From: Eledone cirrhosa
Taxonomy: Eukaryota
Direction of reading: 5' to 3'
Assembly (NCBI GenBank): GCA_964016885.1
Contig: OZ024749.1
Span: 35,836,001 to 35,900,000, forward strand
Length of the DNA stretch: 64,000 nt
Position 1 is the first letter of the stretch, and each line of letters starts with the position of its first letter. The translations under genes were made by a program, and so were the position numbers. Under the pieces are notes generated by a model that was not told the origin of the DNA, did no database searches, and worked only from the letters and a program-made list of their open reading frames with translations. Of the stretch, positions 13,131-25,290 are shown piece after piece.

Positions 13131-13478
13131 AGTAAAGGTAAAGAACCCCTTCGGTCATGAATGACCATGGAATTTGCACCTAGAAAATTCTCCTCCGAGG
13201 CACAAGTCTGGGCATGGTTGTTTGTGGAAGACTAGCAGTCGCCCATGCATACCAGCCTCTCCTCTCCACGCCACCGATGTTGTCCAAGGGAAAGGCAATG
13301 GCCGATACATCTTGGCACCAGTAATGTCATAGCTCATTTCTACAGTTGAATAAACTGGAGCAATGTGAAAATAAAGTGACTTGCTCAAGAACGCAATACA
13401 AAGACCGATCTGAGAATCAAACTCACAACCTCATGATTGTAAGTCTGATGCTATAACCACTAAGCCATATACATTCAC
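13131..13478 (-). mobile_element. SINE B-type head and CORE with a different 3' tail
   Basis: Same head and CORE segment at 13330-13478. The tail ends in CTTTACCTTTACT on the minus strand. Confidence 0.75.
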
Positions 13479-15110
13479 ATACTATAGTATGTTGTATTAT
13501 TTTCCATGTATAATAATTAGTGTAGTGTATAAAATTGTACTCTTTCTGCTGCTAACAAACTACAAATAAGTTTCTATATACTATAAAATAATTCCTAGAA
13601 TCTGAGTTTTAGTATAATGTTATTCTTGGTGTGTGTGTGTGTGTGTTCATACATGTATACACACACACATATATATATATACATATATACAAATACATAT
13701 ATATGTATATATATATACTTATACACATATATTCATATATATATATATATATATACATATACATACATAAATATATATATATATATACATGTATATATAT
13801 TTATAAATACATATACATATGTATATATATTTATAAATACATATACATATGTATATATATTTATAAATACATATACATATGTATATATATTTATAAATAC
13901 ATATACATATGTATATATATTTATAAATACATATACACATATATATATATATTTATAAATACATATACATATATATATTTATGTGTGTGTATATATATAT
14001 ATATATAAAATAATATATATATATATATCTTTTGGTAAAGATTACTTCTTCCAAACATATTCTACAAGGATTACTTTTTGCAAAATGAATATCATTTCAA
14101 TCTGTATTATATGTTATATTCTATCAATGAAGTTTTAGTTTACTAGTTTACTCTTTACCTTTGAAGTAACAAGAATGAAGAAACAGAAGAAAATATAATA
14201 AACTTAGTGTGAAATTTAATGAAATGAAATAAAATGAAAACTAGTTTTACAAACCAGTTCTATTGAATGTATAGAAAGCTTGTATATAACACGTCTTTGT
14301 ATAAGAAACTGAAATATTCTTCAACAGTCTTCAACAGCTTTTGGTTGTTGCTTTTAAATCTTAAATGAATGTTGCTTTCTTTTGGTTCTCATAACATCCT
14401 CACTGACCTTTCCATAGAAAGGAACTTGATCATTAAATATCTAATTACTAACAGAGAGAGAGATGGGTGAGAGAGAAAGAAAGAGAGAGGGAGAAGAACT
14501 TATTATTGCATTTGATTCTTTTTCTGAAATGTTGTGGTATGTTTTAATGCAAGATGCTGTTGCTATTATGTATAGTTTTATACTTAGTTTACAGTGTATC
14601 TAAGTGGTAAAGATGAGCACTTTACAATCATGAGCTTTCAGGTTCAATCCCACTATAAATTGTCTAATCTCTTTTAGTACTGTTTTCTTATGAAAGACAC
14701 TGCTTCTGGGTTTCAAGTTGTTTTTAAATAATCAATCATTTGGAGGGATTTAATAATATCATAACTTTCTCAGTATTCATCTGGTGCTTAGAATATAGCT
14801 TAACAATGTCCGTAGATAAAATTATGATAGATAAATATAAACGCTAATCTTTTCATTGCCTTTATTCTAATAAAAGGTAATGCTTATGATTTTTAAATCT
14901 TTTTGAAAATAATCAAAAAATACAAAAGATTTATTAATATAACTAATTTTCTCATTAGGTGGTATTTGGAACATAAATTAATAAAGGATGTTATATAAAA
15001 TTATACTAGAAGGTTTTTAGATAAATATAGACATTTTAAATCATACAGTTTTGTATCATATATATATATATATACATACACACACACACATACATACATA
15101 CGTACGTACA

Positions 15111-15146
<36 letters not shown>

Positions 15147-15172
15147 TATACACACACAAACACACATACATA

Positions 15173-15269
15173 CAGGATGTCCCAAAAAATGTACACACAC
15201 TTGATTAGTACAGCCAATATTTATTAGAATGCTGATGAAGTGTGTATACACTTTTGGGGGGACAACCTG
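15173..15269. mobile_element. Tiny Tc1/mariner-like MITE
   Basis: About 30-bp imperfect TIRs CAGGATGTCCCAAAAAATGTACACACACTT / AAGTGTGTATACACTTTTGGGGGGACAACCTG in a TA context. Confidence 0.7.
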
Positions 15270-16950
15270 TGTGTATGTGTATATATATATATATATATAT
15301 AACTTTATCTATTTCTTTTTATATATATCTTCCTTTCTTTCTCTATCTATCTACCAATCTATCGTTTTATATATGTATATATATAACTCTCCCTCTCTCT
15401 GTATATATATATCACTACTTACCTACCAATCTAAATAGATAAATAAACTCTACCTTAGATAACAAAGCACCAATCAGATTTATTACTTCTTGCTACAAAG
15501 ATTGCCGAGATAGAACGATGCTATGGAGACTTAAAAGCTTTCTTCCAGAAAATTCCAAATGAATATTTACCGTTTATTGAAATTGAAATGAAAGATTGTT
15601 TTCTCTTGTGTGTGTGGAATGGTTTCCACTGTAATTTCAAAATGTCCCAAACTGTTTTAAAGAATTAAAAACCTTTATGGATTTAATATCACAAATTGTT
15701 CTCCAGGAAGAAGGCAATTACTTTAATGTTGCGCATTTTCTATTGGATTGGCGTGGATGGAAGGTGAGGGCAGATGTTGGGGGTGGGGGTGGGGTGGGTT
15801 GAATAGGAAGAGAGAGAGAGAGAAGGTAGGCATGGGTAGTGGTGAATAGTAAGAGAGAGATGGTATTGGTAGTTGGTGAATGGAAGGAGAGAGAGAGAGA
15901 GGGGGAGAGAGAGGGGGGAGAGAGAGAGAGTGAGGTGGTATAGGTAGTGGTGAATGTGAAGAGAGAGAAGATGTTATGGTGATGGTGAGTGGGTGAAGAG
16001 AGATGGTATGGGTAGAGAGAGGTTTTATGGATGGTGGTGAATGAGAGGAGAGAGAAGATGGCATGGGTGGTGGTGAATGTGAGGAGAGAGAGGTGGTATG
16101 GATGGTGTGGGTGGTGGTGAATGAGAGAGAGAGAGGTGATATAGGTGGTGGTGGTGGTGAATGAGAGGGGAGAGAAGATGGTATGGGTGGTGGTGGTGGT
16201 GAATGAGAGGGGAGAGAAGATGGCATGGGTGGTGGTGGTGGTGAATGAGAGGAGAAAGACGGGTGGTGGTGAAAAGTGGTGGGGTTGTGAGTGGTTGGAG
16301 AGGAAAGATAATATGGATGATGGAAGAGATGAGAAGGGGAGGAGGGGAAGATTGGCAGACAGAAAATAATAATACAATAATACAATATTAAATATTTGTT
16401 TGATTTGTATTAGAAATTAAAATCTAAGAACATACTCAAGATACCCCACCTCTCCCTCACACCACCCCACCATCTCATCACATCCACCAACACTACCACC
16501 CCAACACCTCCACCCCTCAATATCACCAACACTATCCACCCCAACACCTCCACCCCTCCATATCACCAACACCTCCACCCCCACCATGTCACCACCACTC
16601 TCCACCCCTCCATTTCACCAACACTATCCACCCCAACACCTCCACCCCTCCATATCACCAACACCTCCACCCCCACACATCCACCCCCCACCATGTCACC
16701 ACCACTCTCCACCCCAACACCTCCACCACAACATGTCCACCCCTTCTCTCTGCCATCCAACTCCACCTCACACCTTATTCCAACAACACCCACAAAAATA
16801 ATCAAACATATATTATCCCACTTCATACCAAACCCCCTGAAACAGCCCCTGGTTGAACACTATAAAACTTATCAACATAATTTTATAGAAGAAACTTTGT
16901 TAAATTATGCTCCCAAAAGCAAATTAACCATAAATAAGTTAATTATATGA

Positions 16951-17102
16951 AGGTTAGTGGTTAGAGCATTAGGCTTGCAATCGAAAGGTTGTGAGTTTGA
17001 TTCTCGGACCGGGTGATGTGTTGTTTCCTTGAGCCAGTCACTTTATTTCACATTGCTCCAGTTTACTCAGCTGTAAAAATGAGATGATAGGACTGGGGTC
17101 TC
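16951..17102 (+). mobile_element. SINE B 5' half
   Basis: TTAGTGGTTAGAGCATT...TCCTTGAGCCAGTCACTTTATTTCAC. A head-only copy is at 32554-32610. Confidence 0.8.
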
Positions 17103-17689
17103 TATAATTAAATCACCAAAGACACCTCCAACGAGATATACCTTGGAGGAGGCCAGCTAAACCTGCATGGGTGTGAGCTGTTTAAAGAAAGAAAGAAGAA
17201 GAGAAGTTAATTATATTACTAAATACTTTAAAATTCTTGATTATTCTCAAAATTATTTCAAAATACATAAGCAGTGTCTTTCATCAGAAATATGGTAATG
17301 AAATGTTAAAATGTTTATATCTATCTTAAAACCTTTCATTCATCATTTTACATCCACTTTCAATGCTGGTATGGATTGAACATGGAGCCCGGCCTTGACT
17401 CTCATGTTCCATACTTGGCAGGGTTTCTACAGCTGGATGCCCTTCCTAGTACCAACCACTTTACAAAGTGTGCTGAATGCATGTTATCGAGACATCAACA
17501 CTACCACTACAGAGTGTACTGAGTGCATTTTATCATGCCATCAGTATTATAATTTTATACAAGAACATTTGTTAAGTTATGACCCAAACCCCAGCTCAAT
17601 AATGAGAAAGTTTTGTTATATTACAAAATCTCTCCAAATTCTTGATTATTTTCAAAATTATTTGTAAATCACAGGCAGTATCTTTCATG

Positions 17690-18150
17690 TTGAATAGATC
17701 AAAGCTCCGATGACTGACAACTGACTTGGTAGACACCCTCAAAATTATTAACCATCTTGCCAACAACAATCCTGAGCACCTTTTTGAATTCCATGTGTCT
17801 AACACCTATGGGCATGCTTACAAAATCAGAAAACAACACAGATCCCATGATTTTCGAAGACAATTTTTCATGCTCAGAGTTGCTGAAGCATGGAACTAAC
17901 TACCTGCATCTGTTGTTAACTGTTGGGACATTGCATACTTCAAAACCTCCATGCTTCCTGAAATTCGCCAAAACTACACCTGATATTCCCCTTCCATACA
18001 CATGCACGCATGTATCTGTGTGTATATCTTGACTCATACACTGTTCACTTTCCTGACATTTGTACATTATTCTATGTACTATACATGCACCTTTGATGAG
18101 TTGTAGTGCACCTGAGTACTGTACACAATCATTTTCATTATTATTATTAT
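17690..18150 (+). mobile_element. CR1-clade LINE 3' fragment
   Basis: Translation includes DLVDTLKIINH...NTYGHAYKI...FFMLRVAEAWN, the CR1 ORF2 terminus pattern. (ATT)n tail. Confidence 0.8.
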
Positions 18151-18782
18151 TATCAAATAAATAATAAATAAATAATAAATAAAGAAAGAAAGCATTATTA
18201 TTATTATCAAAAATTTCATTATTATTATTTAAAATATTGTAATGAAAGGGTTAAAGTGTTTATATTTATCTGAAAATCTTCCATAATAATTTTATGTAAG
18301 AATCTTTCTTAAGTTATGTTCCACACAACAGCTTAATAATGAGAAAGTTTTGTTATATCACCAAATTCTTGATTATTTTCAAAGTTATTTGAAAACCATA
18401 GGCAGTATCTTTTATTAGAAATATGTTAATGGAAGATAAATTCAGAAGACAGAAACAAACAAAAACGAAGAGCTGTAATAATATTCTGAAATTCAGAAAG
18501 CATTTTTTCTCCATTCAATCATTTGTTTGTTATTCCAGTCAATACAAGACTGGTAGTTCTTTACCATTTTACTGATTGTTGTTGCTGTGGTGGTTGTTGT
18601 TGTTGTTGTTGTTTAAACAAATCGGAAATATTGCCTCCAGAAGAAAGTATTGGGTGGGTGTGAGAGGAAGGGGTGGAGATATATATGGAAGGGAGATGGG
18701 GCTGTGGAGTTGCCAGGGAATATACTAATAGCAAACAACAACCACCGTGATTGCAATAATATCAATATTAATAGTACTGGTA

Positions 18783-18784
18783 GT

Positions 18785-18817
<33 letters not shown>

Positions 18818-19380
18818 TAACAACAACAATTATAAGAAAAATAATAATGACATCAATTACTACAACAACAATAAGAATAACAACAATAGCAACATCAACA
18901 ACAACAAAGACAACAACAACTGCAACAGCAACAACAGAAATAACAACACCAACAACCATAATAACAATAATAACATCAATTACTACTACAACAACAACAA
19001 GGACGACAACAACAACAACAACTGCAATTTCAACAGCAACAAAAATAACAACAATAAGAAGAAGAATAACAAAAAAGATAATGACATCAATTACTGCTAC
19101 AACAACAACATCAACAACTACAATAACAACAACTACAATAGCAACAACAACTACAATAACAACAACAACAACTACAATAGCAACAACAACAACTACAATA
19201 ACAACAACAACAACTACAACAGCAACAACAACAACAACAGTAACAACAACAACAACTACAACAGCAACAACAATAGCAACAACAACTACAACAATAACAA
19301 CAACAACTACAATAGCAACAACAACTACAATAGCAACAGCAACAACAAAAATAACAACATGGACAACAACATTAACAAAA
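18783..19380. repeat. (AAC)n compound microsatellite
   Basis: Directly visible. Confidence 0.95.
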
Positions 19381-19749
19381 ATAATTAAAGAATAGCAATT
19401 AATAGAAGCAGTTTAGGAAATAGAGGAAACCTAAGAAGTTGTACTTCATTTGTAGAGAGTGTGACATATGTACACATGTGGTGGTGATGGTGGTGTCTGT
19501 TGTTGGTGTTGGTGGTGGTGGTGGTGGTGGTATCTCTGGATAGTGTTGGCTGTAGTGGTGGTGGTATCTCTGGATAGTGATAGCTGTAGTGGTGTAGGAT
19601 GGAAAGGGAAGGGGTGGAGGAGAGGGAGATGGGTGGTTTAAGAGAGAGAAGAGAAATGGTTGGGTAGAAAGGGGAATGGGGAGGAGAGGGGGAGGAGAAC
19701 TGAGAACTGAGTGAATTCTCATGGAAGAAAGCATATCTAAGGGTTTAAC

Positions 19750-20310
19750 TGACAGTAAACATAAACAACTAATTGACAGTAAACATAAATGTGAACACTA
19801 GCAACAAAATGACAGTAAACATAAGTGTAAACATGTTAGTAAAGATAAATGTGAACATAATTGTAAACATAAATGGGGACATAAATGTAAACATAAACAA
19901 CAAACTGACAGTAATCATAAATGTGAATATAAAGAACATGTTAGTAAAGATAAATGTGAACATAAATGTAAATATAAATGTGGACATAAATGACAGTAAA
20001 CACAAATGTAAACATAAACAACAAACTGACAGTAAACATAAATGTACATATAAAGAACATGTTAGTTAACATAAATGTAAACATAAATGATAGCAAATAT
20101 AAGTGTGAACATAAACAATAAAGTGACAATAAACATGAAAATAAACATAAACAAAGTGTTAGTAAAGATAAATGTAAACATTAACATATCACTAAACACA
20201 AATATAAAGGACAAAGTGACAGTAACTATCAATGTGAACATTAGGGACAAAACATTAGTAAACATAAAAGTTAACATAAAGATCAAAGTGATAGTACACA
20301 AAATGTGAAC
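19750..20310. repeat. Degenerate AAACATAAATGT repeat
   Basis: Directly visible. Confidence 0.8.
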
Positions 20311-20506
20311 ATAATAATTGTTTCTACTTTTGGCACAAGGCCAGCAATTATGCCAGTGTATTACTGGTACTTTATTTTATCGACCCCCGTAAGGATGAAA
20401 GGCAAAGTTAACCTCGGCGGGATTTGAACTCAGATCATAAAGGGAGGTAACTCTATGCTTCAAAGCATGGCGTCCGAACCTCTACCGATACTGCCGAACA
20501 TAATAA
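20307..20506 (-). mobile_element. SINE A with 11-bp TSD
   Basis: GAACATAATAA at 20307-20317 and 20496-20506. Confidence 0.9.
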
Positions 20507-20688
20507 CAAACATATAGTTGAAGACATGGTTGTATGGTTAAGGAGTTCTCTCTACAACAACATTGTGTCATGGTCAGTCCCACAGTGTGGTACTCTAGTC
20601 AAGTGTCTTCCACTATAGCTTTAGGTTGACCGAGTTTGAATGAAATTTGGTAGCTGGATCAACTGGAGACAGTTGCTTCTGCTAGGAC

Positions 20689-20858
20689 CAGTGCCGGATT
20701 TAGGACAAATGAGGCCCTGTCTAGTTATGAGGCCCTTTACATAGGCCCTGAAGGAGGTAGGTCTAGTAGGCCTACATAGGCAGTCATCAGGAAGATGTCC
20801 CCCCACCCTTGGACAACAGGGCCCAGTGCTTAAGCACACCTAAGTAAATCTGGCACTG
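20689..20858. mobile_element. hAT-like MITE
   Basis: 14-bp TIRs CAGTGCCGGATTTA / TAAATCTGGCACTG, flanked by 8-bp GCTAGGAC and TCTAGGAC (7/8 match). Confidence 0.8.
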
Positions 20859-21496
20859 TCTAGGACCAGCAGGAAGGCATACTTGGAGACTCTACCCCCA
20901 CAACCTTCCCAAGAATAAATGGGAGAAGAAGAAGAAGAAGAAGAAGAAGAAGAAGAAGAAGAAGAAGAAGAAGAAAATTATAGAAGTCCATCATATATGT
21001 GTATGAATGTGTGTGTGTATAAAGATATTTATATTTGTGTTTATGTTTATTTCCTGTAACTTAGTGGTTCAACAAAAAGCATACTGTAGTTGATATATTG
21101 ATGAAAATACTTCAAAGTGGTGCCCCAGCATGGCCGCAGTCTAATTATTGAAACTAGAAGAAGAATAAAAGGATAGATTGCTTGATGGATGGATGGATGG
21201 AGAGACAGACAGAGAGAGACATAATTACAGAGCGAGATAACATTAGATAAACAGATGGACACAAATAAAAAAGACAGGTTGACAAAAATATTACAGAAAC
21301 CACAGACCTAGAAATAAATGAGAGGTGGGGAGAGGGAAGAGTGAGAGATGTAAAACAGTGAAATAGAGAGAGAGGGGGTGAGGGGAGGGGGAGTAAGCTT
21401 CTTACTAGAAACTCACTTAAGTAACCAGATGAGTCTCAGATGCTGGAAGATTATGGAAAATTTCTCTGCAGCTAAAATACTTTTGAGACCATGAAG

Positions 21497-21497
<1 letters not shown>

Positions 21498-21527
<30 letters not shown>

Positions 21528-21984
21528 ATTTCTTTATTAAGATAGATATGTTTCTTTATTAGTAACAGGGGCACAAAAGAAGGGGACAAATACAAAGGGG
21601 GAAGTTTACATACAATAAAAACGTGTAAAATACTATCACAAATACAATTTAAAAATTAAGATAGATAGATAGATAGATATCTTTCTTTATTAAGATAGAT
21701 ATGTTTCTTTATTAGTAACAGGGGCACAAAAGAAGGGGACAAATACAAAGGGGGAAGTTTACATACAATAAAAACGTGTAAAATACTATCACAAATGCTA
21801 TTTAAAAATTAAAATACATAGATAGATAGATAGATATATTTCTTTATTTACCATAAAGGCACAAAAAGAAGGGACAAATACAAAGGGGGAGTTTACATAC
21901 AATCGAGTAAAACGGGTATAAAATGAAAATAATCGAAAATAACCTCAAAAGGGAGGGGACGTGATGGGGGTTGCACACACCCTT

Positions 21985-22026
<42 letters not shown>

Positions 22027-22230
22027 TCTTTCTTTATTAAGATAGATATGTTTCTTTATTAGTAACAGGGGCACAAAAGAAGGGGACAAATACAAAGGGG
22101 GAAGTTTACATACAATAAAAACGTGTAAAATACTATCACAAATGCAATTTAAAAATTAAGATAGATAGATAGATAGATAGATAGATATCTTTCTTTATTA
22201 GCCACAAGGGCACAAAAGAAGGTGACATAG
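21498..22230. repeat. (GATA)n tract interleaved with repeated retroelement-like 3' ends
   Basis: Five units beginning TTTCTTTATT...GGCACAAAAGAAGG, each preceded by (GATA)n. Confidence 0.85.
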
Positions 22231-22484
22231 ACAGATAGGTAGATGGATAGCAAGGTAGGTAGATAGAAAAAGAGATATATAGAGAGAGAGATATAGAGAG
22301 ATAAGTAGGTCAGTAGGTAGATGGATAGATATATAGATAGGCAGATAGATAGATAGATGGATAGATGGATGGGCAGACAAATAGATAGATAGAGAGGGAG
22401 AGAAAGAAAGAGGGAGACAAACAGATTTATATAGAATGAGGAAATGAAAGAAAGACAAGATAGTTTACTGTAGTAATAGCAACA

Positions 22485-22940
22485 GTGACAACAGCAACTA
22501 CAACAACAACAGCAGTGACAACAATAACAATTACATCAGCAGTGACAACAACAACAATGACAACTACAACAGCAGTGACAACAATAACAATTACATCAGC
22601 AGTGACAACAACAACAATGACAACTACAACAGCAGTGACAACAATAACAATTACATCAGCAGTGACAACAACAACAATGACAACTACAACTACAACAGCA
22701 GTGACAACAATAACAATTACATCAGCAGTGACAACAACAACAATGACAACTACAACAGCAGTGACAACAATAACAATTACATCAGCAGTGACAACAACAA
22801 CAACAATGACAACTACAACAGCAACAACAACTTCAACAACAACAGCAGTGACAACAATAACAATTACATCAGCAGTGACAACAACAACAATGACAACTAC
22901 AACAGCAACAGCAACTACAGTGACAACAACAACAACAATA
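22485..22940. repeat. About 60-bp ACA-rich minisatellite
   Basis: AGCAGTGACAACAATAACAATTACATCAGCAGTGACAACAACAACAATGACAACTACAAC units. Confidence 0.9.
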
Positions 22941-23041
22941 AGAGAGAGAGAAGTGTTTATGTGAGAATGTAATGATATAATATTCTGTGTCATATATGCT
23001 GATATCATTGTTATTGTTATTGATATTGTTCAATATCTTTA

Positions 23042-23353
23042 TAGATCTGCTAGAATAATTGTTTCTACTTTAGGCACAAGGCCAGCAATTACCCCCAGTG
23101 CATTACTGGTACTTTATTTTATCGACCCCGTAAGGATGAAAGGCAAAGTCAACCTCAGCGGGATTTGAACTCAGATCATAAAGGGACGTAACTATGCTGG
23201 AAAGCATGGCGTCCGACCCTCTACCGATCCCGCCAATCCACCGCCCTTAGATCTGCTAGAATAATTGTTTCTACTTTAGGCACAAGGCCAGCAATTACCC
23301 AGTGCATTACTGGTACTTTATTTTATCGACCCCGTAAGATCTGCTAGAATAAT
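23042..23353 (-). mobile_element. Two SINE A copies (full and 5'-truncated) separated by a triplicated target site
   Basis: AGATCTGCTAGAATAAT at 23043, 23249 and 23337. Confidence 0.9.
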
Positions 23354-23508
23354 GAAACACAAATAAGTCATCTAGCTATCAAGTGGATTGGTGTCTCTGT
23401 CTGTCTGTGTGTGTGTGTGTATGTGTGTCCATCTACCTATATATATATGTATGTATAGTGTGTGTAAATGTAAATATGTATGTATATATATTTCTTCTTA
23501 TATATATT

Positions 23509-23785
23509 CTAGGGCGGGTAAAATTCCCGAGATCCATGGACGAGTTCTCTCCAGCGGTCTCTGTCCCTCATTATCGCTGCTATGTCCTGCGTCTCCAACA
23601 GACCAGTGTCTGTCCTTAGGGCATCAACATACGTTAACCTTGGTCTTCCTCTTCCAGTGTGTCCTGTCCATGTAGGGGCTCCCACAGGAGCACTGAGTGC
23701 AATGTCAACTCTGGATGTCGGTGAGCATGTCCAGCTAACCTCAGTCTCCTCTGTGTCACTTTTGAGCTGACTTTTGTCATATATA
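23509..23785 (-). mobile_element. RTE/RTE-X LINE 3' fragment (frameshifted)
   Basis: RRLRLAGHAHRHPEL...LLWEP in one frame and GRGRPRLTYVDALRTDTG...MRDRDRWR in another. Confidence 0.88.
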
Positions 23786-23824
23786 TTATGTGAGAAAAAC
23801 CACAAACCCTCCATCTCAATTCTA

Positions 23825-23860
23825 CTTTTGAAAAGCATAAGAACTGTGAAACCGGTAAAG
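23825..23860 (+). ncRNA. Decayed hammerhead ribozyme motif
   Basis: CTT-TTGAAAA-GCA-TAAGAAC-TGT-GAAA-CCGG-TA-AAG. The core differs from CTGAAGA by two transitions. ACCGGT palindromic stem III and a 3-bp stem I are present, followed by AATAAA and (TA)n. Confidence 0.45.
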
Positions 23861-24193
23861 GAAACAAATAAATATTCTTAAAAAGACTCCAGTTGCATTT
23901 TCGATTTCTTTTCCTTATATATATAATATATATACATATACATACATATATATCAAGGGCGGTGCCCCAGCATGGCCTCAGCTGGATGGCTGGAACAGGT
24001 AAAAGAGTATATATATATATATAGATATAGATAGGTAAATATACACGGGTGTGTATGATTGTGTATAGAAGATTATATTAATAAGAGGAATTCCAACTTT
24101 GTCTGATTTACTCGTTTTATTTACAATCCTTTAAAATATATAATGGTATTATAATGAAATAGTATGGTAGAATATTAAATTCTAAGTGTTAAT

Positions 24194-24232
24194 TGAACAA
24201 GTACTTTCATGCTTTCGCAATCTTCAGGTTCA
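24194..24232 (-). ncRNA. Type I hammerhead ribozyme motif (mirror copy)
   Basis: Minus strand: TGAAC-CTGAAGA-TTGC-GAAA-GCAT-GAAA-GTAC-TT-GTTCA. Stem II is capped by a GNRA (GAAA) loop in this copy. Confidence 0.7.
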
Positions 24233-24305
24233 TGATATGTGGTGACAGTCGAGTTTGCAATTTTCAACAGTTGAAAATTGCAAACTCAACTGTCACCACA
24301 TATCA

Positions 24306-24344
24306 TGAACCTGAAGATTGCGAACGCATGAAAGTACTTGTTCA
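24306..24344 (+). ncRNA. Type I hammerhead ribozyme motif
   Basis: TGAAC-CTGAAGA-TTGC-GAAC-GCAT-GAAA-GTAC-TT-GTTCA. Perfect 5-bp stem I, short stem II, palindromic stem III AGTACT, CUU cleavage triplet. Confidence 0.7.
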
Positions 24345-24456
24345 ATTAACACTTAGAATTTAATATTCTACCATACTATTTCATTATAATACCATTATAT
24401 ATTTTAAAGGATTGTAAATAAAACGAGTAAATCAGACAAAGTTGGAATTCCTCTTA

Positions 24457-24520
<64 letters not shown>

Positions 24521-24530
24521 CACACACACA

Positions 24531-24606
24531 CAGGGTGTCCTAAAAAATGTATACACACTTCAACAGAATTCTAATCAAAGTGTGTATACATTTTTGGGAC
24601 ACCTTA
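24531..24606. mobile_element. Tiny Tc1/mariner-like MITE (same family)
   Basis: CAGGGTGTCCTAAAAAATGTATACACACTT ... AAGTGTGTATACATTTTTGGGACACCTT. Confidence 0.75.
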
Positions 24607-25290
24607 TATATATATATGTGTGTGTGTATTTATGTACATGCACACATATATTTAAAACATTATTAAGTCCTAGTTTTATCTTTTCATTGATTTTTTTTCT
24701 TTGGTTTTTTTTTCGTATATGCTTATGGGTCCCTTACTGTTTGTTGGAGCAATAAAGTTTTTACATCGATCATCAACCTTCCTAGACATTCACAGTCTTG
24801 TGTTCATTATATGAAGTGTTGTTAGTGTATATAACTGACTCTTTTATGAGAGGCAACTGGGATTTGTATAGACTTTCTAGCAGGAATTTCTGTAAATTTT
24901 ATCACCATGAGTTGAAATTTAATAAGAAAATATTAGGGTACAACACATCAGGTTTTTTCCAAACAAAAACAGACGATTAATGATGGAAGTATTACCATAA
25001 AACAGCACAATGCTAAATAAATACACAGAAAATATAAACATGCCAGGCTCAAAATAAATACATATACTGATTTCATGTAAACTTAATGATCAAATTTCAA
25101 ATTCTGGCAATAAAATCTACACAAATGTCCGCAGTAAAGTCAACAGAAATCTCATTTACCGATATTAAAAAAGGAAGTTATGCATACCATTAACACTCCA
25201 CACCCTGAAGGGGAGACAGTGATATGATTTAAATACTTTCAAAAGAATGGACTCTGCTAAAGGCAGCCCAGTGTCACTTCCAAACAACCA

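Larger units (their letters stand above)
24074..24464. repeat. 391-bp near-perfect palindrome (195-bp arms, 1-nt centre) carrying hammerheads on both strands
   Basis: Arms are reverse complements about position 24269 (TTCAAC-A-GTTGAA), with 2 mismatches seen. The right end runs into (TA)n. Confidence 0.95.
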
